Source: Candidatus Latescibacterota bacterium
Lineage (GTDB): Bacteria > Latescibacterota > UBA2968 > UBA8231
Length of the DNA: 64,000 nucleotides
Reading direction: 5' to 3'
Assembly: GCA_965217585.1 (NCBI GenBank)
Contig: OZ244561.1
Location: 4,992,001-5,056,000, forward strand
The notes under the pieces were generated by a model. It searched no databases. It saw only the letters and a list, made by a program, of their open reading frames with translations, and was not told the DNA's origin. Below are positions 50,117 through 59,043 of the stretch, piece by piece; position 1 is the first letter of the stretch, and each line of letters starts with the position of its first letter. The position numbers and the translations under genes are program-made.

Positions 50117-50376
50117 TGCTGATGCTTCTTTCTAATGGCCTCGGTAGCGACCTTCTTGGCGCTCTTGGCCGGGGCAATAGCATAGCCACCCGGGCCCAAA
50201 TCGAGACGGCTAAAGACCTCGTATGGCGTTTCGGCGGTTGGCACCTTGGGTGCTAACGCCGCATACGCTTGGAGGCCGCGCTTGAGTACCTCTGATATGG
50301 AAAGGCCGGTCTGGTTGCACAAAACGGACAAGGTAGCTTCGGCATCGTCGTCGAGCTGGATCGTTCTAGTACCCAT
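50113..50376 (-). CDS. RHH/CopG-like antitoxin, orphan
   Basis: TRTIQLDDDAEATL..L...TG.SISEVLKRGL; GGGAG RBS. Confidence 0.75.
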   Translation of the reverse strand: MGTRTIQLDDDAEATLSVLCNQTGLSISEVLKRGLQAYAALAPKVPTAETPYEVFSRLDLGPGGYAIAPAKSAKKVATEAIRKKHQQ

Positions 50377-50434
50377 CTGAAACTCCCGTTGTTGGCTGTA
50401 AAATCATTTTTGAAAACGGCGTATCCGTCAGAAG

Positions 50435-50515
50435 CTAGTAGGCGACTAAGTGGAGAGAGTGGATAACGGCGACAGCGTTGTCAAGCCGGGCATCAAAGCT
50501 GGCGAGATTGTACGT
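50435..50515 (-). pseudogene. Possible C-terminal stub of a VapC PIN toxin
   Basis: Reads YNLASFDARLDNAVAVIHSLHLVAY*, like the LATFD.RL tails of VapC proteins. Confidence 0.4.
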
Positions 50516-50644
50516 CTTCCGAAAAAAGGTTCATCGCGCTGCTCGGCGAGGCTTCTGGAGATCTGATAATCACATCAACAGGCAGGACGAAACTCTCAGC
50601 AATCGCTCGACGAATCGGATTGGCCGTCTGCTACCATGCCGTCG

Positions 50645-50833
50645 TTAGGAAATTGGTCGTACTGGAGGAGCAAGCACTACTCTACCGCTTTTTCCCTGTC
50701 TATGCCTTGCATCTTCTAGAATGCGATCAATATCGAAATCCATAGATTTTGCCAAGGCTTCTTTGATCCTTCTTGTCTCTTGGATAATTTCATCCGTAGT
50801 TTCTTTTTCGTCCATTGGTTTCATCCTCATCAT
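50645..50833 (-). CDS. Small antitoxin-like protein (DxIxxExRxIxxxxAxxxxFD family), orphan
   Basis: DEIIQETRRIKEALAKSMDFDIDRILED; homologous to 51239-51394; GAGGAG RBS; exact start uncertain. Confidence 0.65.
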   Translation of the reverse strand: MMRMKPMDEKETTDEIIQETRRIKEALAKSMDFDIDRILEDARHRQGKSGRVVLAPPVRPIS

Positions 50834-50903
50834 ACGCTCCTCTCTTGTCTTGTTCAGGTCAACGAACCATCCTATTCGGAAAATAACATGGGGACGAAAG
50901 TCG

Positions 50904-51242
50904 CTAGAACCTTGGAGCCTCATGCCACCCGAAGACAAGGCTCCCGTCAGCGTTATCCTCAGTGATCTGAGAAGGTTCAGTATTTTTCTTCCAATACCAA
51001 CCCGGCGACCCGGAATCATCCACCAAGAACTTATATCCTATATACTCGCCTTTACCACGCTCAATCTTGTATTCACCCCTACGGATTCCGGCGATATACT
51101 CCCGCGTATCTTGGTCGGCAGTGTAATCTCTCCAGCCAATATATACCGACATCCCAGTAAAGACAGCAATTGCCAACGTAAGTAAGACGACGAGAACCGT
51201 TGCCTCCTTTCTGATCCACTGCCAAGGTCTTTGAAAAATCAT
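50904..51242 (-). CDS. Hypothetical single-TM protein
   Basis: Hydrophobic helix at residues about 14-36; ATGA overlap with the upstream gene. Confidence 0.55.
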   Translation of the reverse strand: MIFQRPWQWIRKEATVLVVLLTLAIAVFTGMSVYIGWRDYTADQDTREYIAGIRRGEYKIERGKGEYIGYKFLVDDSGSPGWYWKKNTEPSQITEDNADGSLVFGWHEAPRF

Positions 51243-51394
51243 TCCATATTCTCCTTGTGGAGAGACACGACGGGGTGCCCACAGGCCTTCTCTTGCTTGC
51301 GAAGGTCTTCGCAGATTGCATGTAAATCAAACTGGAATTTGGCCGCGTGGGCATCTCTTATCTTTCTAACTTCTTCGACAATGGGATCTTTCAT
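51239..51394 (-). CDS. Small antitoxin-like protein MKDPIVEEVRKIRDAHAAKFQFDL, orphan
   Basis: Family I recall occurring next to PIN toxins; starts 1 nt after the upstream stop. Confidence 0.7.
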   Translation of the reverse strand: MKDPIVEEVRKIRDAHAAKFQFDLHAICEDLRKQEKACGHPVVSLHKENME

Positions 51395-51395
51395 T

Positions 51396-51908
51396 TCAAA
51401 AGATGTTGCCATATTCATGGCAGGCGGCTTCCAGCGATGCTGGCGCGGGTGTTCGCAATTTCCCCTCTGCACACATCTGTTCGAGTTCGTCAACATGTCT
51501 TCGACATTCTCGCTCCCGTTCAAGTCGAGGATATGTGTCCATCTCATTTACTTGCTTACCATCCAAATAGGCAAGCCAAGTTTCGATATTACGCATGGGA
51601 ACAAAGACGGCGACTTTGTCACTGGGTTTACGCGGCACAATACCTCTTTGATTACAGGCATCATCCATTTGTTTCAGCCGTTGTTCGATGCTGTAATTAT
51701 CTCCATCAATCATCACCACAAGAACACCGCCACGTTCGCGTATAGCGTCCAATTGTGCCGGATAGTTATCTTGAACAAATTGATCGCCTGCACCTACTCT
51801 GGCTCTCGACACAGCATATACATTCCGCTTGCGTTTTTTGAGAAATCTTCGGATAAAAGATTCGTGCTGTTTGTCTTCGCAGAGGACAGTTATTTGGGGG
51901 CGATTCAC
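51396..51908 (-). CDS. TOPRIM-like partner of the ABC ATPase
   Basis: VLCED (TOPRIM Glu), VMIDGD (DxD), NIETWL; GTGA overlap with the ATPase. Confidence 0.7.
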   Translation of the reverse strand: MNRPQITVLCEDKQHESFIRRFLKKRKRNVYAVSRARVGAGDQFVQDNYPAQLDAIRERGGVLVVMIDGDNYSIEQRLKQMDDACNQRGIVPRKPSDKVAVFVPMRNIETWLAYLDGKQVNEMDTYPRLERERECRRHVDELEQMCAEGKLRTPAPASLEAACHEYGNIF

Positions 51909-52999
51909 GGTGCAAGCCCCTGGGCGTAGAGTTCGGATATTTTTAACATCGTGTCGTTTTTGACATCCAAGATGCGCGTATGACTCTCCGGTTCACGCCC
52001 TAACCAAACGGCCTTGTCATTGAGAAAATCAATCGCTTCTGGATGATGAGAGATCAATATAGTCTGCGGCAGAGTGTCGCCACAGCCATCCTCCAACTCA
52101 GCGAGCCAAGGTTGCAACTCTGGGAGAGTTATATAGTTGTCCGGCTCATCCAAAAACAAAGTGCGCTCAGCATCATCGGCAAAGAGCAGCAAATGAATCA
52201 CGATTAATGCCCGCTGACCATCTGAAAGTTGGTCAAACCGATAGATATTGCCTGTTTCTCCATCATTCGGGGAAAATTCGGCTTGCAGTTCCCTATAATC
52301 AGTGCCTTTTTGTACGAGTCTCAATTCCACGAAACCGGGCAGAACATCGCGTAGGTGATCCATCGCCTCAAAGATTCGGCGCGGATTCTCCTGTAAGCGT
52401 CCCTGATACCACGACGCAAAATTCTCACCGCTGTCGCTGAGCCTATCGGTGTCGGAATCCGAACCGCTCCTCATGCGTTTTGTCTCCAAAAAAAGCGTCA
52501 CAAAACGGCGAACTTGATCTCGGAATGCACACAAGCGGGTATTGTCGTGCCGTTCGGCCACTGGTGCAAGACCCGATTGCGTCCAATCGAAAGAGTATTT
52601 TGGCCCCTCGCTGTGATCATCGCGGTAGAGTTGTACGTCGCCATTTACAAAAGTAAAAAGCGGCTTGTCATCGGATAGGAGCTCTTCGCGTATTACTCGT
52701 GCGGATCGTCTTGCCAAGTTGTGTTCAATTACAAGCCGGTAAAGACATACTTCGCCGGGTAGGGCGACCTCCAATTCAAAGTATTGCTCTAGCTTTTTGC
52801 TCCAGTGCGTTATATCAGCAGCGGGAAACAATTCATCGACCCGTGCATCGCCGCGAACAAAGTCGCGCAGTTTCCCCACAACCTCAAATACGGCTGACTT
52901 ACCGCATCCATTTGCTCCGAGCAGCAGCGTCAGTTCTCCGAAACGCAGATCGAAGTTGGTGAGGCACTTGTAGTTGTTAATGTGAATTCGTTTTAGCAT
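51905..52999 (-). CDS. ABC/SMC-like ATPase (AAA_21 type)
   Basis: INNYKCL, GANGCGKS, LSDGQR, FLDEPDN, ISHHP. Confidence 0.9.
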   Translation of the reverse strand: MLKRIHINNYKCLTNFDLRFGELTLLLGANGCGKSAVFEVVGKLRDFVRGDARVDELFPAADITHWSKKLEQYFELEVALPGEVCLYRLVIEHNLARRSARVIREELLSDDKPLFTFVNGDVQLYRDDHSEGPKYSFDWTQSGLAPVAERHDNTRLCAFRDQVRRFVTLFLETKRMRSGSDSDTDRLSDSGENFASWYQGRLQENPRRIFEAMDHLRDVLPGFVELRLVQKGTDYRELQAEFSPNDGETGNIYRFDQLSDGQRALIVIHLLLFADDAERTLFLDEPDNYITLPELQPWLAELEDGCGDTLPQTILISHHPEAIDFLNDKAVWLGREPESHTRILDVKNDTMLKISELYAQGLAP

Positions 53000-53063
53000 G
53001 GTAATCCCCTAGAGAAGTCTCAAATAGATGGTCAATCTCCTTCTTAAAGATAGACATATTCCC

Positions 53064-54239
53064 TCAATGGTGAAAAAGCCGCACCCCCGAATTAATCATC
53101 AACATTCCGTATTCGTCTGCCGCCTCAATTACCAGATCATCCCGTGTTGACCCGCCGGCTTGGACTATGTACTCCACGCCTGAACGCTGCGCCCGGTCGA
53201 TGTTGTCGCGGAAGGGGAAGAAAGCGTCCGAACTCAGCGCCACGTCCTTGAGGTTGTCCAACCATTCCCGCTTCTCCTCGGCACTAAGCCGTTCTGGCAC
53301 CTCGCGGAAGTTGGCTTCCCAGGCCCTGAGTTCGGCCGGGGTGACATCCTCTTGCAGATAGATGTCGATGGCGTTGATTTTTTCCGGGCGCTTGAGGCCC
53401 TTGGCGAATTTCACGCCTAATACTTTGGGGTGCAGGCGCAGATACCAGTTGTCGGCCTTGGCGCAGGCCAAGCGCACGCAGTGGACGCGCGACTGCTGGC
53501 CAGCGCCAGTGCCGATGACTTGGCCGTCGCGGGCTAGGCACACCGAGTTGGATTGGGTGTACTTGAGGGCGATGGTTGCCACCGTCAGGTCGCGACGGGC
53601 ACTAGCCGGCAAGTCCTGACAGGCAGTGACGATGTTGTGGAAAAAGGCGTCGTCGGGGATAAAATCGTTGCGTTGCTGCGCGAGTTGGACGCCGAATATC
53701 TGGCGTTGTTCGGTCGCGTCAGGCGCGTAGTCCGGGTCGATTTGCAGGATGCGGTACTGGCCGCCCTTTTTCTTTTTTAAAAGCTCTAAAGCTTCTCGCT
53801 CGTAGCCGGGAGCAATGATCCCGTCGGAGACCTCGACGCGGATGAGATCGGCTGTGGAGAGATCGACCACGTCGCTCAGGGCGATCCAGTCGCCGAAGGA
53901 GGCGAGGCGGTCGGCACCACGGGCGCGGGCGTAAGCCGTGGCTAGCGGACTGAGGTCGCGGTCGGCGACGAAGTAGGACGCGCTCAGGGTCTCGTCGAGT
54001 GGTGCGGCGATGGCAGCACCGGCCGGAGAGACGTGTTTGAACGAAGCGGCAGCCGGTAGGCCGAGGGCGCGTTTGAGGTCGCGGACGAGCTGCCAGGCGT
54101 TGAGCGCGTCCATGAGGTTGATGTAGCTAGGGGCGTCGTTGAGCGGCTCGATGGGTAGGTCGCGGCCATCGGCCATAAAGCAGCGGGCCGCTGCTTGGTG
54201 GGGGTTGCATCCGTAGCGCATGTCGATTGTCGCGGGCAT
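53064..54239 (-). CDS. purH: AICAR transformylase (PurH without the N-terminal IMP cyclohydrolase domain)
   Basis: [47 protein letters not shown]. Confidence 0.9.
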   Translation of the reverse strand: MPATIDMRYGCNPHQAAARCFMADGRDLPIEPLNDAPSYINLMDALNAWQLVRDLKRALGLPAAASFKHVSPAGAAIAAPLDETLSASYFVADRDLSPLATAYARARGADRLASFGDWIALSDVVDLSTADLIRVEVSDGIIAPGYEREALELLKKKKGGQYRILQIDPDYAPDATEQRQIFGVQLAQQRNDFIPDDAFFHNIVTACQDLPASARRDLTVATIALKYTQSNSVCLARDGQVIGTGAGQQSRVHCVRLACAKADNWYLRLHPKVLGVKFAKGLKRPEKINAIDIYLQEDVTPAELRAWEANFREVPERLSAEEKREWLDNLKDVALSSDAFFPFRDNIDRAQRSGVEYIVQAGGSTRDDLVIEAADEYGMLMINSGVRLFHH

Positions 54240-54261
54240 AGTTCCTCCTCGATGAAGCCAT

Positions 54262-54291
54262 TTGACAAAGGTTGGGGCGGCGTATTATGTT
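54262..54291 (+). promoter_or_regulatory. Possible sigma70 promoter for dapA-dapB
   Basis: TTGACA followed by TATTATGT at 15-18 nt spacing. Confidence 0.45.
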
Positions 54292-54360
54292 CGGCAATCG
54301 CGGTAAAAAGACAATCGCCAATCAACCCATTTTTGACAAGCCAAGGCGAGGTAAGCGACC

Positions 54361-55398
54361 ATGTTCAAAGGTTGTAGTACAGCCCTAGCGACGCCCATGA
54401 GCGCAGACGGCAGCATTGACTACGGCGGCTTGGAGCAACTCGTGGAATTCCAAATTGCCAACAATATCCAAGCTGTACTCGCGGTCGGAACGACTGGCGA
54501 AAGCCCGACTCTGCTGTGGGAGGAGCACAACGAAGTCATCGAGCGCACGGTCGCGCTGGCCAAAGGCCGCACCTTATCGATTGCCGGCACGGGCAGCAAC
54601 TCCACCAAGGAAACTTTGGCGGGCAGCGAGCACGCCGCCCACATCGGCGCGGACGCCGTGCTGCTGGTCGATCCCTACTACAATGGGCCCAGCTCCTTGG
54701 AGATTCGCCGCGAATACGTCGAGCCGGTAGCGCGGGCTTTTCCCGAGGTGCAGGTCATCCCCTACATCATCCCCGGACGCACCGGCTGCATGATGCAGGT
54801 GGAGGATTTGGCCACCCTCGCCCACCAGTACCCCAACGTGGCCCAAGTCAAAGAGGCGACCGGCGACTTAGACAATATGGCCAAGACCCGCCGGCTCTGC
54901 GGCGACGATTTTACCATCCTCTCGGGCGATGACGACAAGACCGTGGCGATGATGAAGAGCGAGGATATCCGGGCCGCTGGTGTCATCTCGGTGATGTCCA
55001 ATGTCATTCCAGGTCCCATTCAGCGGCTCACCGAGTTGCTCAACGCCGGCCAAGAGGACGAGGCCGATAGTTTGGCTGAGAAGCTGGCACCGCTTTTTGG
55101 CATCGTCGGCGTCGCGACCACTGAGCAGAGTGCGTATGGTCCGGTCGAGTGCAAGGTGCGCAACCCAGTGCCGGTCAAGACGCTGATGAATATTCTAGGC
55201 ATGCCGGCCGGGTCGGTGCGGCAGCCGCTGGGCAAGATGACGCACGCGGGCGCGCAAACGGTGCTGGACGCCGCGCGCCAAGTACACGCCAACGACCCAA
55301 CGGCTTTTGCGCCAGTCGCCGAGTTTTTCGGGGTGGATGTGGAAGCTCGTCTGCACGACGACTCGCTGGTCGAGTGCGTGGTGTATCCATCGTATTAA
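54361..55398 (+). CDS. dapA: 4-hydroxy-tetrahydrodipicolinate synthase
   Basis: ALATP, GTTGESPTL, AGTGSNST, PYYN, KEATG, SGDD, NPVPVK. Confidence 0.93.
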   Translation: MFKGCSTALATPMSADGSIDYGGLEQLVEFQIANNIQAVLAVGTTGESPTLLWEEHNEVIERTVALAKGRTLSIAGTGSNSTKETLAGSEHAAHIGADAVLLVDPYYNGPSSLEIRREYVEPVARAFPEVQVIPYIIPGRTGCMMQVEDLATLAHQYPNVAQVKEATGDLDNMAKTRRLCGDDFTILSGDDDKTVAMMKSEDIRAAGVISVMSNVIPGPIQRLTELLNAGQEDEADSLAEKLAPLFGIVGVATTEQSAYGPVECKVRNPVPVKTLMNILGMPAGSVRQPLGKMTHAGAQTVLDAARQVHANDPTAFAPVAEFFGVDVEARLHDDSLVECVVYPSY

Positions 55399-55412
55399 GC
55401 GAGGCTAGAGCG

Positions 55413-56216
55413 ATGACCAAAATTGTAATCTGCGGGGTGGCTGGGCGCATGGGCCAGCGGCTGGCCCACTTGACTTTGACGACTGCGGACTTGGAGCTAT
55501 GCGGCGGCAAGGAGCGCCCAGATCACGAGGCTGTGGGGCGCGACATCGGCGAAGTCGTTGGCGCTCGGCACCTTGGCCTAACGGTCAGCGATACGCTGGC
55601 GGGCATCGTCGAACCCGATCAGGTCGTCGTCAGTTTTACGACCCCGGAGGCGACCCTTGAAGACGCGGCCCTTTGCGCGGTGCGCGGGGTGCCCATGGTG
55701 GTGGGGACTACGGGTTTTGACCCGGATCAGCTAGCGGAATTCAAGCAGACAGTAGCGGACATTACCTGCGTGTTTGCGTCGAATTTTAGCACCGCCATGA
55801 ACGTGCTCTTCAAGCTGGTCGAAGAGGCGGCCCGGATCTTGGGCGACGACTACGATGTGGAAATCATTGAAGCGCATCACCGGCACAAGGTCGATGCGCC
55901 CTCTGGGTCGGCGCTGACGCTGGCCGAGCGGGCCGCAGCCGGATTGGGCCGCAACTTGCGCGAGGTGGCCGTACACGGGCGGTCGGGTGTGGTCGGTGAG
56001 CGCTCTCGCCAAGAGATTGGCCTGCACGCGATCCGCGCCGGCGACTTGGCGGGCGAGCACTCGGTGCTCTACGCGGCCCCGGGCGAGTGCCTTGAGCTGC
56101 AGCACCGCGCCACGAGCCGCGATTCCTTTGCCTTGGGTGCGCTGCGCGCCGCTCGTTTTGCAGCGCAGGCCGCGCCGGGGATGTACTCGATGGGAGACGT
56201 GTTGGGGCTGGGTTGA
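55413..56216 (+). CDS. dapB: 4-hydroxy-tetrahydrodipicolinate reductase
   Basis: GVAGRMG, VGTTG, ASNFS, EAHHRHKVDAPSG, GEHSV. Confidence 0.95.
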   Translation: MTKIVICGVAGRMGQRLAHLTLTTADLELCGGKERPDHEAVGRDIGEVVGARHLGLTVSDTLAGIVEPDQVVVSFTTPEATLEDAALCAVRGVPMVVGTTGFDPDQLAEFKQTVADITCVFASNFSTAMNVLFKLVEEAARILGDDYDVEIIEAHHRHKVDAPSGSALTLAERAAAGLGRNLREVAVHGRSGVVGERSRQEIGLHAIRAGDLAGEHSVLYAAPGECLELQHRATSRDSFALGALRAARFAAQAAPGMYSMGDVLGLG

Positions 56217-56228
56217 GTCGGAGGTAGC

Positions 56229-56996
56229 TCAGCGCTTGGGGCGGAGGAGGTGCTGCAGCCCTGGCCACAGGGTTTGGATCTTGTCGCGCAGCCGAGCGGC
56301 TTCCTCAAAATTTTCCGCTTCCACGGCCACTTGTAGGTCGCGCTCTAATTGTTCGCGCTGGGACAGCGGGCGCTCCTGCTCTAATTCCTCGTACCATTCG
56401 CGCAAAAAGGAAATCTCGGGCAAATCCTCTTCTAGCTCGGATTCCCATTCTTCGACAAAGCTCTCGATGTGGGCGATGCCCTCTTCGACGGCGCGCATGG
56501 CCGCTGGATAGTCGTCATTGTGGAGGGCTAGCATGGCGTGTGCCCGGGTCTGCATCATAATCGCGTGTGGGTAGTACTGCTCAAAGTACCAGCGGATCTC
56601 GTCGTTGGGCGCGCACTGATCGACCAATTCAAAAATCTGTAGGGTGTGCTCCGTATCGGCGACTACCCCTTCGTAGTCCTCTAGATTGAACAGACTCAAG
56701 TAGCGGTGGTAGTACTGCCAAGCCTCTTGGAAGAGTTCTTCGCACTCTTCTTCCTCTAGCACGAAGCTTTCCGGGGTGTCGCGCGATTCGATGAGGTCTT
56801 GGTAGTAGTCGAGCAGCGAGGGGCAGCCGTGCGGTTGTTGGCCGTCGGGGCGGCCGTCCAATTCGAGCTGAAGAAGCCCCATGTCGATGCGGATCTGAAG
56901 TTTTTCCTCGCCCTTGCTGGTGCGGATGCGCCGAGCGAGGAATTCGTCGGGCTTGAATGCCCAACCGTTGAGCAAGTCGCCGATATCGTAATTCAT
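56229..56996 (-). CDS. UvrB/UvrC (UVR) motif-containing protein
   Basis: QIRIDMGLLQLELDGRPDG; C-terminal AVEAENFEEAARLRDKI. Confidence 0.85.
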   Translation of the reverse strand: MNYDIGDLLNGWAFKPDEFLARRIRTSKGEEKLQIRIDMGLLQLELDGRPDGQQPHGCPSLLDYYQDLIESRDTPESFVLEEEECEELFQEAWQYYHRYLSLFNLEDYEGVVADTEHTLQIFELVDQCAPNDEIRWYFEQYYPHAIMMQTRAHAMLALHNDDYPAAMRAVEEGIAHIESFVEEWESELEEDLPEISFLREWYEELEQERPLSQREQLERDLQVAVEAENFEEAARLRDKIQTLWPGLQHLLRPKR

Positions 56997-57256
56997 GGGC
57001 GCGCTCTCTGACAGAATATAGAATGAAGAAACCCGGTGCCGAGGAGGCCGGGGGAGCACAAGGGACAATATATGGCAGAACCTAGTACTGCGCTACTAAT
57101 CGTCGCGTTTCTCGTCAAGTCGCTTGCCCATATAAAAGAAGCGCCGGGCTACAGGCCCCGCGCTCATCGTAACATATAATATACGAAAAAAGAAAAAGGA
57201 TGTCCAGTATATTTATTTAAGTAGAATATAAATAACATGTTAGATAAAATTTTATA

Positions 57257-57285
57257 TTGACACGATCCACCGCCTAATCTACCTT
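57257..57285 (+). promoter_or_regulatory. Sigma70-like promoter TTGACA-N17-TACCTT with an AT-rich upstream region
   Basis: Exact -35 and 17-nt spacing; AGGAGG RBS before ATG 57329. Confidence 0.6.
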
Positions 57286-57328
57286 AAAACCGCCCTCAAT
57301 TCCCAACTCATTCCATACAGGAGGACCG

Positions 57329-58093
57329 ATGTCCCAGCACGAGGACGATGCCCTGCAAGTGCAGGGCGGCCGGGTGGTGCTAGGGGAGTGGTCGGGCGAT
57401 CTGGAAGAATTGATCGCCAAGAACGTCGCCTTGCGCCAAATGCTGCGCGAAGGACGCGCCGACGAGGCCCGTGCACTGCTCAAGGCGCAGGTCGTTGAGG
57501 AACAAGCCGCGTTGGTGGCCATAGACGCAAACCCCGAGGAGGTGCTCTCGCTGACTGGCATGGACGACCAAGGCCGCCCGGGGTACTTGCCCGCTGTGGT
57601 CGATAAGCTGCCGTCGGAGATCATCGCCGAGTTGGTCGCCCCCAGCGGGTACAAACTGGCGAGGTTCAACACCGCGCTGTTGCAAACCATGTCGGCGGAG
57701 TCGTTTGCCCGCGCCGTAGAGGATACGCTCGATCCGATTTACTACCACGGCAACCGCACCAAGGTCTCGTGGGAATGGCTCGAAGCGGTCGCGGCGCTAG
57801 ACGATCACAACAAGCGCGCCGCGCTCTTGTTCAAGGTGGATCCGAGCCTGATCGAGGACGCGCTATTGGACAAGGTCGATAGCATTGACATGCACGCCGA
57901 GATCGATGCGGGTAGTTTTGGCCCTATTTCGGCTTATCGCCTGCTGTCGGAGTCGGGCCAGGCGGTGATGTTGCCGCCGATCAGCGACCCGGAGGTCGCC
58001 GAAGTCATATACGCCTTGCACCAAGCCGCACCCGAACTGCTGTCAAAGGTGCTGCGCGCCGCTTGGGAACGGGCCGGCGGAGGGGCCTCGTGA
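57329..58093 (+). CDS. Hypothetical alpha-helical protein
   Basis: Strong RBS, genome-like codon use, GTGA coupling to the next gene. Confidence 0.75.
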   Translation: MSQHEDDALQVQGGRVVLGEWSGDLEELIAKNVALRQMLREGRADEARALLKAQVVEEQAALVAIDANPEEVLSLTGMDDQGRPGYLPAVVDKLPSEIIAELVAPSGYKLARFNTALLQTMSAESFARAVEDTLDPIYYHGNRTKVSWEWLEAVAALDDHNKRAALLFKVDPSLIEDALLDKVDSIDMHAEIDAGSFGPISAYRLLSESGQAVMLPPISDPEVAEVIYALHQAAPELLSKVLRAAWERAGGGAS

Positions 58094-59001
58094 GCCGGCT
58101 AGCGCGCGTCGATCTCAACCAAGTCCCACTCGACCGCAGCAGTTTCATCGGCCAAGTGGTCGCCGCGGGCCTCGAATACGAGCAGTTGTCGCCGCACTTT
58201 ATGGATTCGCTGCGGGCCTATCTTCGGGTTCGCGGGCTGGCCTTTGCCCAGCGCCAGCGCACCGGCATCGCCCTCGGCCGCGATCTGTTGCGCCAAGGCA
58301 TGGAGCGGGGCTTGGCGTGCATGGACTTGGCGTTGGAGGAGGAAAGCGACGGCGACCTCAACGCAGCCGTCGCCAAGCTGGCCAGCGACCCGTTTGACGC
58401 GCTCTACAAGCAGGGCTGGGAGCGCGCTTTCCAGCGCTTGAAAGAGATGCGTCAGCAGGCCCGCACCTTGGTCGGCTGTCCCGAGCTGGGCTTTTGGCCC
58501 GATCTGCGTCCCAAAGTTTCGGCTTTGACCCAGCTCGTGCCCGAGACGTGGACCGGCCCCAGCGCCATCGACCTGCGCGCCGACGGCCAGATGCTGCAAG
58601 AGCTAACCGGCAAGGTGGCCTTTGTGCGCTCGTTGCCCAAGCCATCGGTGGCCGCTTTGCTGCAGCAGGTCGAGGTGGATTTCGCCGGCGTGCTGCATCG
58701 CGTCATTTTGGCGTTGGCGTTGGGGCGCGCCGAGCTAGTGGTCAACGAGGCACAGGTGTCGCGCTTTCGCGCCGAGTGTTTTACCGCAGACGGGCTGTGC
58801 CCTCACGTGCGCCGACAGGTGTTGGCCCAGCTCGTTGAGCATTTGAACGATGCCGTGGCGGATGCGGAAGTCCGGGCGCGGATTGCCGACGAGTTGGGCG
58901 CGGAAATCGAGGTACTGGAACGGGCTGCAGGCCGTGGTGACCTAACTGCGTTCTTTCTATCGCATCCAGTGTCGCTTTTTTCGCCTGAGGAATTTGAGTA
59001 G
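58090..59001 (+). CDS. Hypothetical helical protein (loosely DUF6178/DUF6179-like)
   Basis: MDLALEEESDGDLNAAVAKL..LYKQGW resembles those families from memory; coupled GTG start. Confidence 0.6.
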   Translation: MSRLARVDLNQVPLDRSSFIGQVVAAGLEYEQLSPHFMDSLRAYLRVRGLAFAQRQRTGIALGRDLLRQGMERGLACMDLALEEESDGDLNAAVAKLASDPFDALYKQGWERAFQRLKEMRQQARTLVGCPELGFWPDLRPKVSALTQLVPETWTGPSAIDLRADGQMLQELTGKVAFVRSLPKPSVAALLQQVEVDFAGVLHRVILALALGRAELVVNEAQVSRFRAECFTADGLCPHVRRQVLAQLVEHLNDAVADAEVRARIADELGAEIEVLERAAGRGDLTAFFLSHPVSLFSPEEFE

Positions 59002-59043
59002 CTTTGCAAATTCCCATGCACTCCACACCTTCTGCGAGGTCTT

